Assembly: GCA_050249615.1 (NCBI GenBank) | Contig: JBFWQE010000006.1 | Coordinates: 4,539 to 68,538, forward strand | Direction: 5' to 3' | From: Vicinamibacterales bacterium | GTDB taxonomy: Bacteria > Acidobacteriota > Vicinamibacteria > Vicinamibacterales > UBA2999 | DNA length: 64,000 nt | Notes under the pieces: generated by a model | What the model was told of the DNA's origin: nothing | The model's input: only the letters and a program-made list of their open reading frames with translations | Databases searched by the model: none | Shown: in pieces, positions 55,934-64,000 of the stretch | Position numbering within the stretch: position 1 is the stretch's first letter | Layout: the number at the start of each line of letters is the position of its first letter | Program-made: the position numbers and the translations under genes

Positions 55934-57153
55934 GCACCAACTGGTTTGGCCGCCGCGACCCGGACGCGCGGGGCTACTTTGGCGAATTCGGCGGCCGCTT
56001 CGTCCCGGAGACCCTCGTCGCCCCCATCGAGGCGCTCGAGCATGAGTACCTGGATGCCCGTCGCGATCCGGCCTTCAGCACGGAGCTGGACCGGCTGCTG
56101 CGTCATTACGTGGGCCGCCCCACGCCGCTGTGGGAGGCCGCGCGGCTTGGTGCGGCGTGCGGCGGGTTGCGCGTGTTCCTCAAGCGCGAGGACCTCACGC
56201 ACACCGGCGCGCACAAGATCAACAACGCCCTCGGCCAGGCGCTCCTCGCGAGGCGGATGGGGAAGTCCCGCATCGTCGCGGAGACCGGCGCGGGGCAGCA
56301 CGGCGTGGCCAGCGCCACGGCCTGTGCCCTGCTCGGGCTCGAGTGCGTCGTCTACATGGGGACGGAGGACATGCGGCGGCAGGCGCTCAACGTCTTCCGC
56401 ATGCGGCTGCTGGGCGCGCACGTCGAGGGCGTGGACTCGGGCAGCCGCACGCTCAAGGACGCGATCAACGAGGCCATGCGCGACTGGGTCGCGCGACCGG
56501 GCGACACGCACTACCTGCTCGGATCGGCGCTCGGCCCGCATCCCTATCCACTGATGGTGCGCGAGTTCCAGTCGGTCATCGGCCGGGAGGCACGACAGCA
56601 GTGTCTCGAACAGGCGGGCCGGCTGCCGGATGCGGTCATCGCGTGCGTGGGCGGCGGCAGCAATGCCATCGGCATCTTCGACGCGTTCATCGACGATGCG
56701 TCCGTGCGCCTGATTGGCGTGGAAGCGGGGGGCGAGTCCATCACGCCCGGCCGCCATGCCGCGCGCTTCGCCGGGGGGGCCGCGGGCGTGCTGCAGGGCA
56801 CGCGCACGTGGGTGCTGCAGGACGCGCACGGCAACATCGAGCCGACGCACTCGGTCTCGGCAGGCCTGGACTACGCCGCCGTCGGCCCTGAGCACGCCTA
56901 CCTCGAATCCACGGGGCGCGCGGAGTATCACTACGCCACGGACGCGGACGCGCTGGCCGGCTTCCAGGAACTGGCGCGGCTCGAGGGCATCATCCCGGCG
57001 CTCGAGTCGGCCCACGCCATCGCCTACGTGCGAAGGGCCGCGCGGGACTTCGGCCCGGACGCAGTGCTGCTGGTGAACCTGTCGGGCCGGGGTGACAAGG
57101 ACGTCCAGACCGTCGAGGGCCTGGTGAAGGAGGCGGACCGTGTCGCGAGTTGA
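55930..57153 (+). CDS. trpB: Tryptophan synthase beta chain
   Basis: ATGA overlap with trpF. Motifs are [11 protein letters not shown], the PLP-lysine context HTGAHKINN, and GGGSNAIG. Confidence 0.97.
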   Translation: MSTNWFGRRDPDARGYFGEFGGRFVPETLVAPIEALEHEYLDARRDPAFSTELDRLLRHYVGRPTPLWEAARLGAACGGLRVFLKREDLTHTGAHKINNALGQALLARRMGKSRIVAETGAGQHGVASATACALLGLECVVYMGTEDMRRQALNVFRMRLLGAHVEGVDSGSRTLKDAINEAMRDWVARPGDTHYLLGSALGPHPYPLMVREFQSVIGREARQQCLEQAGRLPDAVIACVGGGSNAIGIFDAFIDDASVRLIGVEAGGESITPGRHAARFAGGAAGVLQGTRTWVLQDAHGNIEPTHSVSAGLDYAAVGPEHAYLESTGRAEYHYATDADALAGFQELARLEGIIPALESAHAIAYVRRAARDFGPDAVLLVNLSGRGDKDVQTVEGLVKEADRVAS

Positions 57154-57925
57154 CGACGCCTTCCGCCGGATGCGGGCGGAGGGGCGGACGGGCCTCGTCA
57201 CCTACGTGACGGCCGGGGACCCCAGCCTGACCATGACGGCGGCCATCCTGAAGCGCCTCGACGACGCCGGGGCCGACGTGCTGGAGGTCGGGGTGCCATT
57301 CTCCGATCCGCTGGCCGACGGGCCCGTCATCCAGCGCGCCACCGAGCGCGCGCTGGCGGGCGGCGCCACGCTCGCCGGGGTCCTGGACATGATCGCCGGC
57401 GCCCGCAACGACCTCCGGGCGCCCATCATCATCTTCAGCTACGCCAATCCGATACTCCGGATGGGCCTGGACGCCTTTGTCGCGCGGGCCCGGGAGGCAG
57501 GTGTGGACGGAGTGCTCACGCTGGATGTGCCACCGGAGGAGTCCGGCGAGTGGCGCAGCCGTTTCCAGGCGGCCGGGATTGATACAATTTTTCTCCTGAG
57601 CCCGACGACCACCGCGGAGCGCATCCAGCGGGCGGCTGCGCTCGGGAGCGGATTCCTGTACGGGATCTCGCGACTGGGCGTCACCGGCGCCCGGGAGACG
57701 GTGTCCGATTCGGCCGAAGCCCTCGCGGCACGGGTGCGCCGCGAGACATCGATGCCGCTCGCGCTCGGCTTCGGGGTGTCGCGCCCCGAGCACGTGCGGG
57801 CCATCGGGCAGTGGGCGGACGCGGCGGTCGTGGGGAGCGCCCTGGTCAGCGTCATCGCCGAGCACGGCGGGAAGCCGGACCTGCTCGACGAAGTGGAACG
57901 GTACGTCCGATGGCTCCAGAGCTGA
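57140..57925 (+). CDS. trpA: Tryptophan synthase alpha chain
   Basis: GTG start. Motifs are [24 protein letters not shown] and GFGVS. Confidence 0.95.
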   Translation: MSRVDDAFRRMRAEGRTGLVTYVTAGDPSLTMTAAILKRLDDAGADVLEVGVPFSDPLADGPVIQRATERALAGGATLAGVLDMIAGARNDLRAPIIIFSYANPILRMGLDAFVARAREAGVDGVLTLDVPPEESGEWRSRFQAAGIDTIFLLSPTTTAERIQRAAALGSGFLYGISRLGVTGARETVSDSAEALAARVRRETSMPLALGFGVSRPEHVRAIGQWADAAVVGSALVSVIAEHGGKPDLLDEVERYVRWLQS

Positions 57926-58221
57926 GTCTCGAGGCCCTGCGGGACGAAATCGACCGGCTGGACGAGGTGATCGTCCGCCTCCTGGACCGCCGGGCCCGGT
58001 GCGCGTACGCCGTGGGCCGCCTGAAGCAGGCGAACGGCATGGCCATCTACGAGCCGGCCCGGGAGGCCACGGTCATGGCGCACGTCAAGGCGGTCAACGC
58101 CAGCCTCGGCGGCCCGCTGACCGATGATGCGATTGTGCGATTGTACGAACGAGTGATGGACGAGGCGCGCCGGATCCAGCGCCTCGACGACGAGCGCCGA
58201 ACGAAACAGGGCACAGACTGA
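57910..58221 (+). CDS. AroQ-type chorismate mutase (monofunctional, about 103 aa)
   Basis: LRDEIDRLDEVIVRLLDRRARCAYAVGRLK matches the CM_2 helix-1 pattern. The gene overlaps the trpA 3' end by 16 nt. Confidence 0.85.
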   Translation: MAPELSLEALRDEIDRLDEVIVRLLDRRARCAYAVGRLKQANGMAIYEPAREATVMAHVKAVNASLGGPLTDDAIVRLYERVMDEARRIQRLDDERRTKQGTD

Positions 58222-58230
58222 GAGCTGCAT

Positions 58231-59277
58231 ATGGTTGTCGTCATGAAGGAGCGGGTCACCACCGAGCAGGTCGAGCAGGTGATCGCCAAGCTGGTCGAGT
58301 TCGGGATGGACGTCCACCGATCCACGGGCGCTTCGCGCGTCGTGCTGGGGGTGGTCGGCAGCGGCAAGGTGGACCCGCGGCTCATCGAGATGATGGACGG
58401 CGTCCACGAGGTGCTGCGCATCACCGAGCCCTACAAGCTCGCGAGCCGCACCTTCAAGCCGGAGGACACCGTCATCGGCGTCGGCGACCTCCGCATCGGC
58501 GGTGACGAGGTCATCGTCATGGCAGGCCCGTGCTCGGCCGAGAACGAGGCGCAGGTGAACTCCACGGCGGCGGCGGTGAAGCGTGCCGGCGCCAAGGTGC
58601 TGCGCGGCGGGGCCTTCAAGCCGCGGTCGTCGCCCTACAGCTTCCAGGGGCTGGGCGAGGAGGGCCTGCGGCTGCTCCGGGCCGCCGCCAACGCGCACGA
58701 CCTGAAGCTGGTGACCGAGGTGATGGACATCAGCCAGATCGAGGTCATCGATCGATACGCCGACATCTTCCAGGTGGGCGCGCGCAACATGCAGAACTTC
58801 ACGCTGCTGCGCGAGCTGGGGCGGGCGCGCAAGCCGGTGCTGCTCAAGCGCGGCATCTCGGCCACGATCGAGGAGTGGCTCCTCTCGGCTGAGTACGTGC
58901 TGGCCGGCGGCAACACCGAGGTCATCCTCTGCGAGCGTGGCATCCGGACGTTCGAGACGGCCACGCGCAACACCCTGGACATCTCGGCCATCCCCATCGT
59001 GAAGCAATTGAGCCACCTGCCGGTGTTCGTGGATCCGAGCCACGGCACGGGCCGGCGCGACAAGGTGGCGCCGATGGCGCGCGCCGCCGTGGCCGCCGGC
59101 GCGGACGGCCTGCTCATCGAGGTGCACTGCGATCCCGACCACGCGATGAGCGACGGCGCGCAGTCGCTGTTCCCGGGGCAGTTCGACCGGCTGATGGCGG
59201 AGTTGCGGATCATCGCGCCGGCGATCGGGCGGAGCATCTGCCTCGAGCCGGTGGCGCGGCGGGGGTGGGCACGGTAG
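58231..59277 (+). CDS. 3-deoxy-7-phosphoheptulonate (DAHP) synthase, type I-beta, with N-terminal ferredoxin-like regulatory domain
   Basis: Core motifs are [38 protein letters not shown] and VDPSHGTG. The N-terminal 70 aa is an extra domain of the Thermotoga type. Confidence 0.92.
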   Translation: MVVVMKERVTTEQVEQVIAKLVEFGMDVHRSTGASRVVLGVVGSGKVDPRLIEMMDGVHEVLRITEPYKLASRTFKPEDTVIGVGDLRIGGDEVIVMAGPCSAENEAQVNSTAAAVKRAGAKVLRGGAFKPRSSPYSFQGLGEEGLRLLRAAANAHDLKLVTEVMDISQIEVIDRYADIFQVGARNMQNFTLLRELGRARKPVLLKRGISATIEEWLLSAEYVLAGGNTEVILCERGIRTFETATRNTLDISAIPIVKQLSHLPVFVDPSHGTGRRDKVAPMARAAVAAGADGLLIEVHCDPDHAMSDGAQSLFPGQFDRLMAELRIIAPAIGRSICLEPVARRGWAR

Positions 59278-59395
59278 TTCAGAGCACGCGGGTTCGACGC
59301 GCGGACGTTCGAAGCGCAGAGGTTCACAGCACGGGGGTTCAAAGCACGGTGGTTCAACGCACGAACGTTCAAAGCACGATGGTTCGATGAGCGAG
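59276..59395 (+). repeat. Eight phased 15-nt units (consensus GGTTCAAAGCACGNN) filling the gap between the DAHP synthase gene and tyrA
   Basis: NGTTC starts at 59276, 59291, 59306, 59321, 59336, 59351, 59366 and 59381. The first unit overlaps the TAG stop (59275-59277). The last unit contains the tyrA ATG (59387). Confidence 0.92.
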
Positions 59396-60169
59396 CGGCT
59401 GGCGATTGTCGGAGACGGGCTCATCGGGCGGTCCGTGCGGCTCGCGTACCAGCGGCGCGTTCCGGGCGCGGTGGTGGTCAGCTTCGACCGCGAGGACGAC
59501 CTCGCGGGACTTGCGGACGCCACCACCGTGGTGCTTGCCGCGCCCGTCGACGCCATCCTCCGGCTGATTCCGCGTCTGGCGACCCTCGCCCCGGGCGCGA
59601 CCCTCATCACCGACACGGGCAGCACCAAGCACGCCATCGCCATCGCCGCCCGCGAGGCGGGCCTGGCGCGGTTCGTGCCCGGGCATCCCATGGCCGGGGG
59701 CACGAGCAGCGGCCCGGGGGCCGCGCGCGCGGATCTCTTCGACGGCCGCACGTGGTTCCTGATGACCGGATCGGCGGCCCCGACGGCTGTCGGCCGGGCG
59801 CGCGCCCTCGTCTCCACCCTTGGCGGGGTTCCCGTCGAGATGGCCGATGATGGGGCCGCACACGATCGCCTCGTGGCCGCGATCAGCCACCTCCCGCAGG
59901 TCGTAGCGACGTCGCTGCTGGCGCGAGTGGGGGAGACCGTGGGAGAGGACGGGCTCCGGCATGCGGGAGCCGGTCTGCGTGACACCACGCGGGTGGCCGC
60001 CAGCCAGGCCTCGATGTGGGCGCCCATCCTGGAGACCAATGCCGCTGCCATCGCGCCACTGCTGCGTGCGCTCGCGCGCGATCTCGAGGCGGCGGCCGAC
60101 GGGCTGACCGAGCGCGCGCACGTGGAGGCGCTCTTCTCACGTGCCCGCCGATTCACCTTCGATCCATAA
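59387..60169 (+). CDS. tyrA: Prephenate/arogenate dehydrogenase
   Basis: Motifs are IVGDGLIGRS (Rossmann), DTGSTK, GHPMAG and SHLPQVVA. Confidence 0.88.
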   Translation: MSERLAIVGDGLIGRSVRLAYQRRVPGAVVVSFDREDDLAGLADATTVVLAAPVDAILRLIPRLATLAPGATLITDTGSTKHAIAIAAREAGLARFVPGHPMAGGTSSGPGAARADLFDGRTWFLMTGSAAPTAVGRARALVSTLGGVPVEMADDGAAHDRLVAAISHLPQVVATSLLARVGETVGEDGLRHAGAGLRDTTRVAASQASMWAPILETNAAAIAPLLRALARDLEAAADGLTERAHVEALFSRARRFTFDP

Positions 60170-60176
60170 TTGCCGG

Positions 60177-60872
60177 ATGAACAAGGTGATCGACACCGCC
60201 GACGCCGCGGTCGCCGACATCCACGACGGCGCCTCGATCATGGTCGGTGGTTTCGGCCTTTCCGGCATTCCCGAGAACCTCCTCGCCGCGCTGCTCAGGC
60301 GGGGGGTCCGCAGCCTCACGATGATCAGCAACAACGCCGGCACCGACGACTTCGGCATCGGTCCGCTGTTGAAGAACCGCCAGGTGCGGAAGATGATTTC
60401 GACCTACGTGGGGGAGAACAAGGAGTTCGAGCGCCAGTTCCTCCAGAAGGAGATCGAGGTCGAGCTGGTCCCGCAGGGCACGTTCTCCGAACGGATTCGT
60501 GCCGGCGGGGCCGGCATCGGCGGCTTTTTCACCCCGACCGGGGTGGGCACCCTCATCGCGGAAGGCAAGGAGACGCGCGAGATCGACGGACGCCCATACG
60601 TGCTCGAGCGGCCCCTCAAGGCCGACTTCGCGTTCGTGAAGGCCTGGAAGGGCGACCACGTCGGCAACCTCGTCTACCGGAAGACGGCCCGCAACTTCAA
60701 CCCGATGATGGCCACCGCCGCGCGCGTGACCATCGCCGAGGTGGAGCACCTGGTGGCGCCGGGCGAGATCGAGCCGGACCTGGTGCACACGCCGGGGATC
60801 TACGTGAAGCGCATCCTCCAGGGCGCGCACTACGAGAAGCGCATCGAGAAACGGACCGTCTCCCATGGATAA
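60177..60872 (+). CDS. scoA: 3-oxoacid CoA-transferase subunit A
   Basis: Motifs are [43 protein letters not shown] and [12 protein letters not shown]. Confidence 0.93.
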   Translation: MNKVIDTADAAVADIHDGASIMVGGFGLSGIPENLLAALLRRGVRSLTMISNNAGTDDFGIGPLLKNRQVRKMISTYVGENKEFERQFLQKEIEVELVPQGTFSERIRAGGAGIGGFFTPTGVGTLIAEGKETREIDGRPYVLERPLKADFAFVKAWKGDHVGNLVYRKTARNFNPMMATAARVTIAEVEHLVAPGEIEPDLVHTPGIYVKRILQGAHYEKRIEKRTVSHG

Positions 60873-61512
60873 GCGCGAGCGCATCGTGTCACGAATCGCC
60901 CGGGAGCTGAAGGACGGCGATTACGTGAACCTCGGGATCGGCATGCCAACGCTGGTGGCGAACTTCGTGCCGCCGGACGTCCATATCACGCTGCATTCCG
61001 AGAACGGCATGCTCGGTGTGGGGCCGTACCCGGCCGAGGACCAGGTGGATCCCGACCTCATCAACGCCGGCAAGGAAACGGTGACGGAACTGCCCGGCGC
61101 GTGCTACTTCAACAGCGCCGACTCGTTCGCCATGGTGCGCGGCGGGCACGTGGACGTCACCGTGCTCGGGGCGCTCGAGGTGGACGAGCACGGCAACCTG
61201 GCGAACTGGATGATCCCGGGCAAGATGGTGAAGGGCATGGGCGGGGCCATGGACCTGGTGGCCGGCGCGCGCCGCGTCATCATCGCCATGGAGCATACGA
61301 CCAAGGACGGCGGGCACAAGATCCTGAAGCGGTGCACCCTGCCGCTCACCGGCGTGCGGGTGGTGAGCCAGATCGTCACCGAGCTGGCGGTCATCGACGT
61401 CAGCCCGCACGGGCTCGTGCTCAGGGAGATCGCCAGCGATACCACCGAGGAGGCCGTGCGGGCCGCCACCGGGGCGAAGCTGCACGTGGAGGGCGCGGTC
61501 GGACGCTTCTGA
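60865..61512 (+). CDS. scoB: 3-oxoacid CoA-transferase subunit B
   Basis: Motifs are [10 protein letters not shown], the catalytic-Glu block HSENGMLG, and GMGGAMDLV. Confidence 0.93.
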   Translation: MDKRERIVSRIARELKDGDYVNLGIGMPTLVANFVPPDVHITLHSENGMLGVGPYPAEDQVDPDLINAGKETVTELPGACYFNSADSFAMVRGGHVDVTVLGALEVDEHGNLANWMIPGKMVKGMGGAMDLVAGARRVIIAMEHTTKDGGHKILKRCTLPLTGVRVVSQIVTELAVIDVSPHGLVLREIASDTTEEAVRAATGAKLHVEGAVGRF

Positions 61513-61552
61513 CGGAACTTCGCCCCCGGGCGCCACGTCTGTCCAGAGTGAC

Positions 61553-62563
61553 GTGCGCACCCTCACCCTCCTCGCGCTCCTCGTCCTGACCGCGCCCCCA
61601 CAGGCCTCGGCCGCACAGCCAACGGGGCCCGCACCCACCGCACCGGGCGAGGCGCCGCCAGTCACCTACCGCATCACGGGGACACGGTTCGCCGTGGCGC
61701 AGGACGTCCACGTGGAGCGCGACGAGGAGGTCACCGATGGCATCGCGGTCGTGGGAGGATCGGCCCGCATCGACGGCCGCGTCGAGGACGGCATCCTGGT
61801 GGTCGGGGGCGATCTGCACCTCGGCCCGACCGCCGAGGTCCGAGGCGATGTCGTCCTGGTGGGCGGCACGCTCCTTCGCGACCAGGGCGCCCGGCTCTCG
61901 GGCGGGGTGAGCTACGTGTCGTTCGGCGAATGGTCCCGCCGGACAGGCCTCTTCGGCTGGTGGCCGCGAGTCGAGCTGGGCAACACCGGCCGGTGGCTGA
62001 GCCTGGCGGCCACCCTGTTCCGCGTCTCCATCCTGGCCGTCCTGATGCTCGTCGTGCTGCTCGTGGCGCGCGGCCCCGTCGCGCGGGTGGGGCGGGCCGC
62101 CGCGGCCGAGCCCGTGCGTGCGGCCATCATCGGGCTCGCAGCGGAGGTGCTCTTCCTGCCCGTGGTGCTCGTGTTCTCCATTGCCCTCGGGCTCACCATC
62201 ATCGGCCTGCCGTTCGTCTTCCTCCTCGTGCCGGTTGCCATCCTGGTGGCTCTCGTCGCCCTGCTCCTCGGGTTCACCGCGCTGGCCTGCCGCCTGGGCG
62301 AATGGCTGGAGGATCGGCTCGGCTGGCGCCCGCGCAGCGCGGTCCTGGCCACGGCACTGGGCATGTTCCTCATCATCACGCCGACGCTCCTGGCCCGACT
62401 GCTGGGGGTGGCGCCCGACCCGCTTCGAGTGGCGGCCTTTGGCGTGCTCGTCGCCGGCGCCATCGGCGAGTTCCTCATCTGGACCATTGGCCTGGGCGCG
62501 ACGCTGATGACGGGCTTCGGCCGTTGGAACAGCGCCCCGCCACCAATTGGGGCTGGCGCGTGA
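61553..62563 (+). CDS. Hypothetical membrane protein (signal peptide, bactofilin-like beta-helical repeats, multi-TM C-terminal half)
   Basis: GTG start with signal LLALLVLTAPPQASAAQP. Repeats follow (IAVVGGSARIDGRVEDGILVVGGDLHLGPTAEVRGDVVLVGG), then at least 5 hydrophobic helices. Confidence 0.65.
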   Translation: MRTLTLLALLVLTAPPQASAAQPTGPAPTAPGEAPPVTYRITGTRFAVAQDVHVERDEEVTDGIAVVGGSARIDGRVEDGILVVGGDLHLGPTAEVRGDVVLVGGTLLRDQGARLSGGVSYVSFGEWSRRTGLFGWWPRVELGNTGRWLSLAATLFRVSILAVLMLVVLLVARGPVARVGRAAAAEPVRAAIIGLAAEVLFLPVVLVFSIALGLTIIGLPFVFLLVPVAILVALVALLLGFTALACRLGEWLEDRLGWRPRSAVLATALGMFLIITPTLLARLLGVAPDPLRVAAFGVLVAGAIGEFLIWTIGLGATLMTGFGRWNSAPPPIGAGA

Positions 62564-62677
62564 GGTGAGAAGTCAGCAGTGAGAGGTTGGAAGTGAGAAG
62601 CAGGGCCAGAAGTCAGGGGTGAACGGTAAGATCCGGACTTCCCACTTCTGACTTCCCACTTCCCACTTCTCACTTCC
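62561..62677. repeat. Inverted heptamer arrays (GAAGTSA)n / (TSACTTC)n forming a long imperfect hairpin that abuts the atoE ATG
   Basis: The right arm ACTTCCC ACTTCTG ACTTCCC ACTTCCC ACTTCTC ACTTCC spans 62637-62677. GGAAGTGAGAAG (62589-62600) pairs with CTTCTCACTTCC (62666-62677). GAAGTCAG (62609-62616) pairs with CTGACTTC (62648-62655). Confidence 0.88.
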
Positions 62678-64000
62678 ATGCTCGCCACCCTGGCCGTTCG
62701 CCTCAGCGAGGTCACCGCGCGGTTCGTTCCCAGCGCGTTTGCCATCGCCCTCATCCTCACGTTCTTCACGTTCGCGCTGGCCTTCGGTCTCGCCGGCGCG
62801 CCGCCGTCACGCATCGTCATCGAGTGGGGCAACGGGTTCTGGACGCTCGTGCCCTTTGCCATGCAGATGGCCCTGGTCGTCCTCTCGGGCTACCTGGTGT
62901 CCACGGCGCCGGTCGTCGACCGGGCCTTCGCACGGCTCGCCGGCCTGGCGCGGAGTCCCCGCGCCGCGGTCGTCCTCATGGCGCTGGTCTCAATGGGCCT
63001 GGCCTGGGTGCACTGGGGCCTCAGCCTCGTGGGGTGTGCGATGTTCGTGCGCCATGTCGTCCGGGCCGAGCCGCGCGTGGACTACCGCCTGCTGGTGTGC
63101 GCCGCGTACTTCGGCATGGGCGCCACGTGGCATGCCGGGCTCTCGGCCTCGGCGCCGCTGCTGGTGGCCACTCCCGGCCACTTTCTCGAGTCCACGATCG
63201 GCCTCATCCCCGTGTCCGCGACGATCTTCAGCGCATTCAACCTCGGACTGACCGTGGTCGTCGTCTCGCTGCTCGTCGTCATGGCGGCCGTGCTGCACCC
63301 GCCGCCCGGGAAGGCGCGACCGATCGATCCGGCCTTCCTCGATCGGCTGGAGCGCTTCGATCCGCCGCGCCCGCCGGACACGCCGTCGGTCGCCAGCCGC
63401 ATCGACCACTCGCGGGCCCTCACGCTGGCCGTTGCCGCGTGCGGCGCAGGCTGGCTCGCGTGGTACTTTGCGACGAAGGGGTTTGCGCTCACCCTGGACG
63501 TGCTGAACTTCGCGTTCCTGATGCTGGCCGTGCTGCTGCACCCCTCGGCCGCTTCGCTGCTCGCGGCCTCCGAGCGCGGCGCGGGCCTGCTGGCGGGGGT
63601 GGTGCTGCAGTTTCCGTTCTATGCGGGCATGTACGGCGTCATCCAGGGCACCGACCTGGCACAAATGGTCGGAGAGGCCATCGCGGCGATTGCCACGCCG
63701 GAGACGCTGCCCGTGTGGCTGTACTGGTATTCGGGCCTGGTGAACTACTTCGTCCCGTCCGGGGGCTCGAAGTGGGCCATCGAGGCGCCCTACCTCGTGG
63801 ACGCGGCGATGCGCCTCGGCGTGCCGACGCCGCAGGTGGTCCTGGCGTATGCCTGGGGGGACATGGCCACCGACATCATCCAGCCGTTCTGGGCCCTGCC
63901 GCTGCTGGCTGCCGCACGTATCGACTTCCGCGACATCATGGGCTATGCCGCCATCGTCTTCGTGGTTTACAACGTAGTCGTGTCCTGCGCATTTTGGCTC
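62678..64000 (+). CDS. atoE: Short-chain fatty acid transporter (AtoE family), 3' end outside window
   Basis: This ORF is absent from the ORF track because it runs off the window. My translation from ATG 62678 is open to 64000. Family blocks are present (WGNGFWTLVPFAMQMALVVLSGY, VLQFPFYAGMYGV, YFVPSGGSKWAIEAPY, WGDMATDIIQPFWALPLL). Confidence 0.88.
   Translation, partial: MLATLAVRLSEVTARFVPSAFAIALILTFFTFALAFGLAGAPPSRIVIEWGNGFWTLVPFAMQMALVVLSGYLVSTAPVVDRAFARLAGLARSPRAAVVLMALVSMGLAWVHWGLSLVGCAMFVRHVVRAEPRVDYRLLVCAAYFGMGATWHAGLSASAPLLVATPGHFLESTIGLIPVSATIFSAFNLGLTVVVVSLLVVMAAVLHPPPGKARPIDPAFLDRLERFDPPRPPDTPSVASRIDHSRALTLAVAACGAGWLAWYFATKGFALTLDVLNFAFLMLAVLLHPSAASLLAASERGAGLLAGVVLQFPFYAGMYGVIQGTDLAQMVGEAIAAIATPETLPVWLYWYSGLVNYFVPSGGSKWAIEAPYLVDAAMRLGVPTPQVVLAYAWGDMATDIIQPFWALPLLAAARIDFRDIMGYAAIVFVVYNVVVSCAFWL

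Noticed and set aside
59276-59395. The 15-nt unit might be derived from a tRNA T-arm, since GGTTCGAA resembles the GGTTCGAATCC T-loop and one array sits beside tRNA-Gly.
   Set aside because: The similarity is limited to 7-8 nt. No acceptor- or anticodon-like parts are present, and two of three loci are not next to tRNAs. I keep this only as a remote possibility for a genome-wide check.

Overview
This is a very GC-rich bacterial chromosomal window, densely packed with core genes. A VWA protein of the Acidobacteria-typical type suggests Acidobacteriota, but that is inference only. I call about 60 CDS and 2 tRNAs: tRNA-Val(CAC) and tRNA-Gly(CCC), both on the minus strand. I see no rRNA, CRISPR array, transposase, integrase or recognisable defence genes.

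Main blocks, in order:
- 1-9 kb: corA, mutL, rarA, greA.
- 11.8-16.5 kb: uvrB followed by mlaEFD.
- 17.9-25.7 kb: argH, upp, hpt, rpiB-deoC.
- 26.7-31.2 kb: a PQQ quinoprotein dehydrogenase and GDP-mannose genes.
- 40.2 down to 31.9 kb: a long minus-strand cluster, aroC-def-fmt-rsmB-PASTA-rpe-thioesterase-epimerase-bamD.
- 40.3-49.7 kb: a regulatory/envelope block with a sigma-54 activator, a TPR protein, an ECF sigma/anti-sigma pair, a beta-propeller protein and an S55 peptidase.
- 50.0-60.2 kb: an 11-gene aromatic amino-acid supraoperon (aroD/E fusion, trpEGDCFBA, chorismate mutase, DAHP synthase, tyrA).
- 60.2-64.0 kb: scoAB and atoE.

Most long antisense ORFs in the supplied track are GC-driven shadow frames.

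The least ordinary signal is non-coding: short-period tandem arrays sit at gene junctions.
- A 15-nt unit (GGTTCAAAGCACGNN) forms four arrays at three loci. One is in frame inside mutL, one is an inverted pair next to tRNA-Gly, and one exactly fills the gap between the DAHP synthase gene and tyrA.
- A 9-nt iteron-like array occupies a divergent promoter region.
- Inverted heptamer arrays form a long hairpin abutting the atoE start codon.
- Four REP-like GC palindromes lie between two convergent genes.

Other candidates:
- A WWYW leader peptide with terminator/antiterminator upstream of the aromatic supraoperon.
- A D-amino-acid-oxidase-family protein whose motif order suggests circular permutation.
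- ArgH with a signal-peptide-like extension.
- A patatin-like protein lacking the GxSxG serine.
- A Cys-rich secreted peptide beside the PQQ enzyme, with two divergent sigma-54-like motifs between them.

All functional calls rest on motifs read by eye. No database search was run.
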